From the IMG/VR virus record IMGVR_UViG_3300049485_000050, positions 1 to 57,072 of that record: DNA of 57,072 nucleotides. One strand, written 5' to 3'. This document shows, one piece after another, positions 56,179 through 57,072 of the stretch; the first letter of the stretch is position 1; every line of letters begins with the position of its first letter. This stretch comes from a virus. Its lineage: Duplodnaviria; Caudoviricetes. The notes under the pieces were generated by a model. It had not been told where the DNA came from. It was given only the letters and a program-made list of their open reading frames with translations, and searched no databases. Both the position numbers and the translations under genes were made by a program.

Positions 56179-56204
56179 GGCTTGATTATAGTAGCAGGTG
56201 TGAG

Positions 56205-57072
56205 ATGGGAACAGGTTTAGAAAATACTATCTTAGATAAAAAACTGTCCGTAGATGAGGCCATAGCTAAGGGACGTGACTCGGTCGCGGATGCGCTCACA
56301 TACTTGACTAGCAACCAAGTCAAGAATTTCTACGCACGTGTCATCAATTTGATGGACCGCTACGCTATTCCCGGCATGGGTACGATGGGTGTGAGTGTAC
56401 AGCGTGGGCGTTACATCTTTATTTACGACCCACTCTTCGCAGCTACAGTGTCCTACGAGGAAGTCTGCGCGACTTGTGAACACGAGGTTCTGCACTTAGT
56501 GCTGGAGCAGATTCCCCGTTCTCTCACGTTACGTAAGATTTTCTCTTCAGATGATGACGTTTCGTTATTTGATATAACCAGCAACTTGGCAGTCGATCTA
56601 GCTGCTAACGAACTGCTAGCACGTTCATGGCCCAAAATTAAGCACAAGGACAAGCCACTTGGCGCGTGGGTTACGCCTGACAAGTATGATCCGCCGTTGC
56701 CAGCTGACTTATCTTACGAGAATTATCATCGATTACTCATGGAACTCTTGAGTAATCGTCTTACTACTTCGCCAACGCAGCTGTATAAACTGGCGAAGCA
56801 GATACTAAAAGATAAGACCGATAAAGTAAAAAGCACCCTCAATAACCCGAATGAAGCAGATCCGTCGAAAGATGATGAGCAGGGCGGCGGTGAAGGTGAG
56901 AGTGACAAGCCAGGGCCGGAAGACGGTGAGGGCGAAGGTCAAGGCGACGAGCCCGGTGAGGGTCAGAGTGGATCTGGGCAAGGGTCGGGTAAAGGCCAAG
57001 CGCCTGACCCAACAATGAGCCCCGAGGAACTCGCGCAGGAGATCGGTGACCTCGACCCGGTAGACTGTAAAA
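56205..57072 (+). CDS. DUF2201-like metallopeptidase (typically VWA-associated), truncated by the window end
   Basis: Not in the ORF track. Manual translation MGTGLEN...TMGVSV...YDPLF...EHEVLH...NLAVDLAAN followed by a G/E/D-rich linker; typical partner of MoxR-type ATPases. Confidence 0.8.
   Translation, partial: MGTGLENTILDKKLSVDEAIAKGRDSVADALTYLTSNQVKNFYARVINLMDRYAIPGMGTMGVSVQRGRYIFIYDPLFAATVSYEEVCATCEHEVLHLVLEQIPRSLTLRKIFSSDDDVSLFDITSNLAVDLAANELLARSWPKIKHKDKPLGAWVTPDKYDPPLPADLSYENYHRLLMELLSNRLTTSPTQLYKLAKQILKDKTDKVKSTLNNPNEADPSKDDEQGGGEGESDKPGPEDGEGEGQGDEPGEGQSGSGQGSGKGQAPDPTMSPEELAQEIGDLDPVDCK

Overview
The window is a 57-kb segment of a large tailed-phage genome (contractile-tail myovirus, about 50% GC by eye). 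I saw no tRNA, rRNA, CRISPR array or integrase. The minus strand carries virion morphogenesis genes: baseplate spike-like protein, probable tube, sheath, neck, probable major capsid, scaffold-like proteins, prohead protease, many probable internal head proteins, portal and large terminase. Embedded among them is a multisubunit-type RNA polymerase cut in an unusual way: beta is fused to the N-half of beta', and the C-half of beta' is a separate gene. The plus strand carries replication and regulation genes: SNF2 helicase, two Cas4/RecB-like nucleases, ParB, primase-helicase, a UDG-like domain fused to a family A DNA polymerase, and an AAA ATPase with a DUF2201-like partner. A sigma-70 family gene lies on the minus strand within that block. 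Three things stand out. (1) The DNA polymerase intein is dual-coding: its ~300-codon centre stays open but looks meaningless in the polymerase frame, while an HTH + Vsr/DUF559-like endonuclease with its own ribosome-binding site is encoded in the +1 frame. (2) A pervasive K-x-[A/G/S] motif borders discrete modules in head proteins and also occurs in an RNAP loop, and several proteins share an N-terminal Y-x2-G-x3-A-L-x-K-L-G motif; together they suggest a capsid-targeting and proteolytic cargo-release system. (3) There are two promoter classes, consistent with a virion-delivered phage RNAP for early genes and sigma70-type promoters for late genes. All calls come from reading motifs by eye and from synteny; no searches were run.
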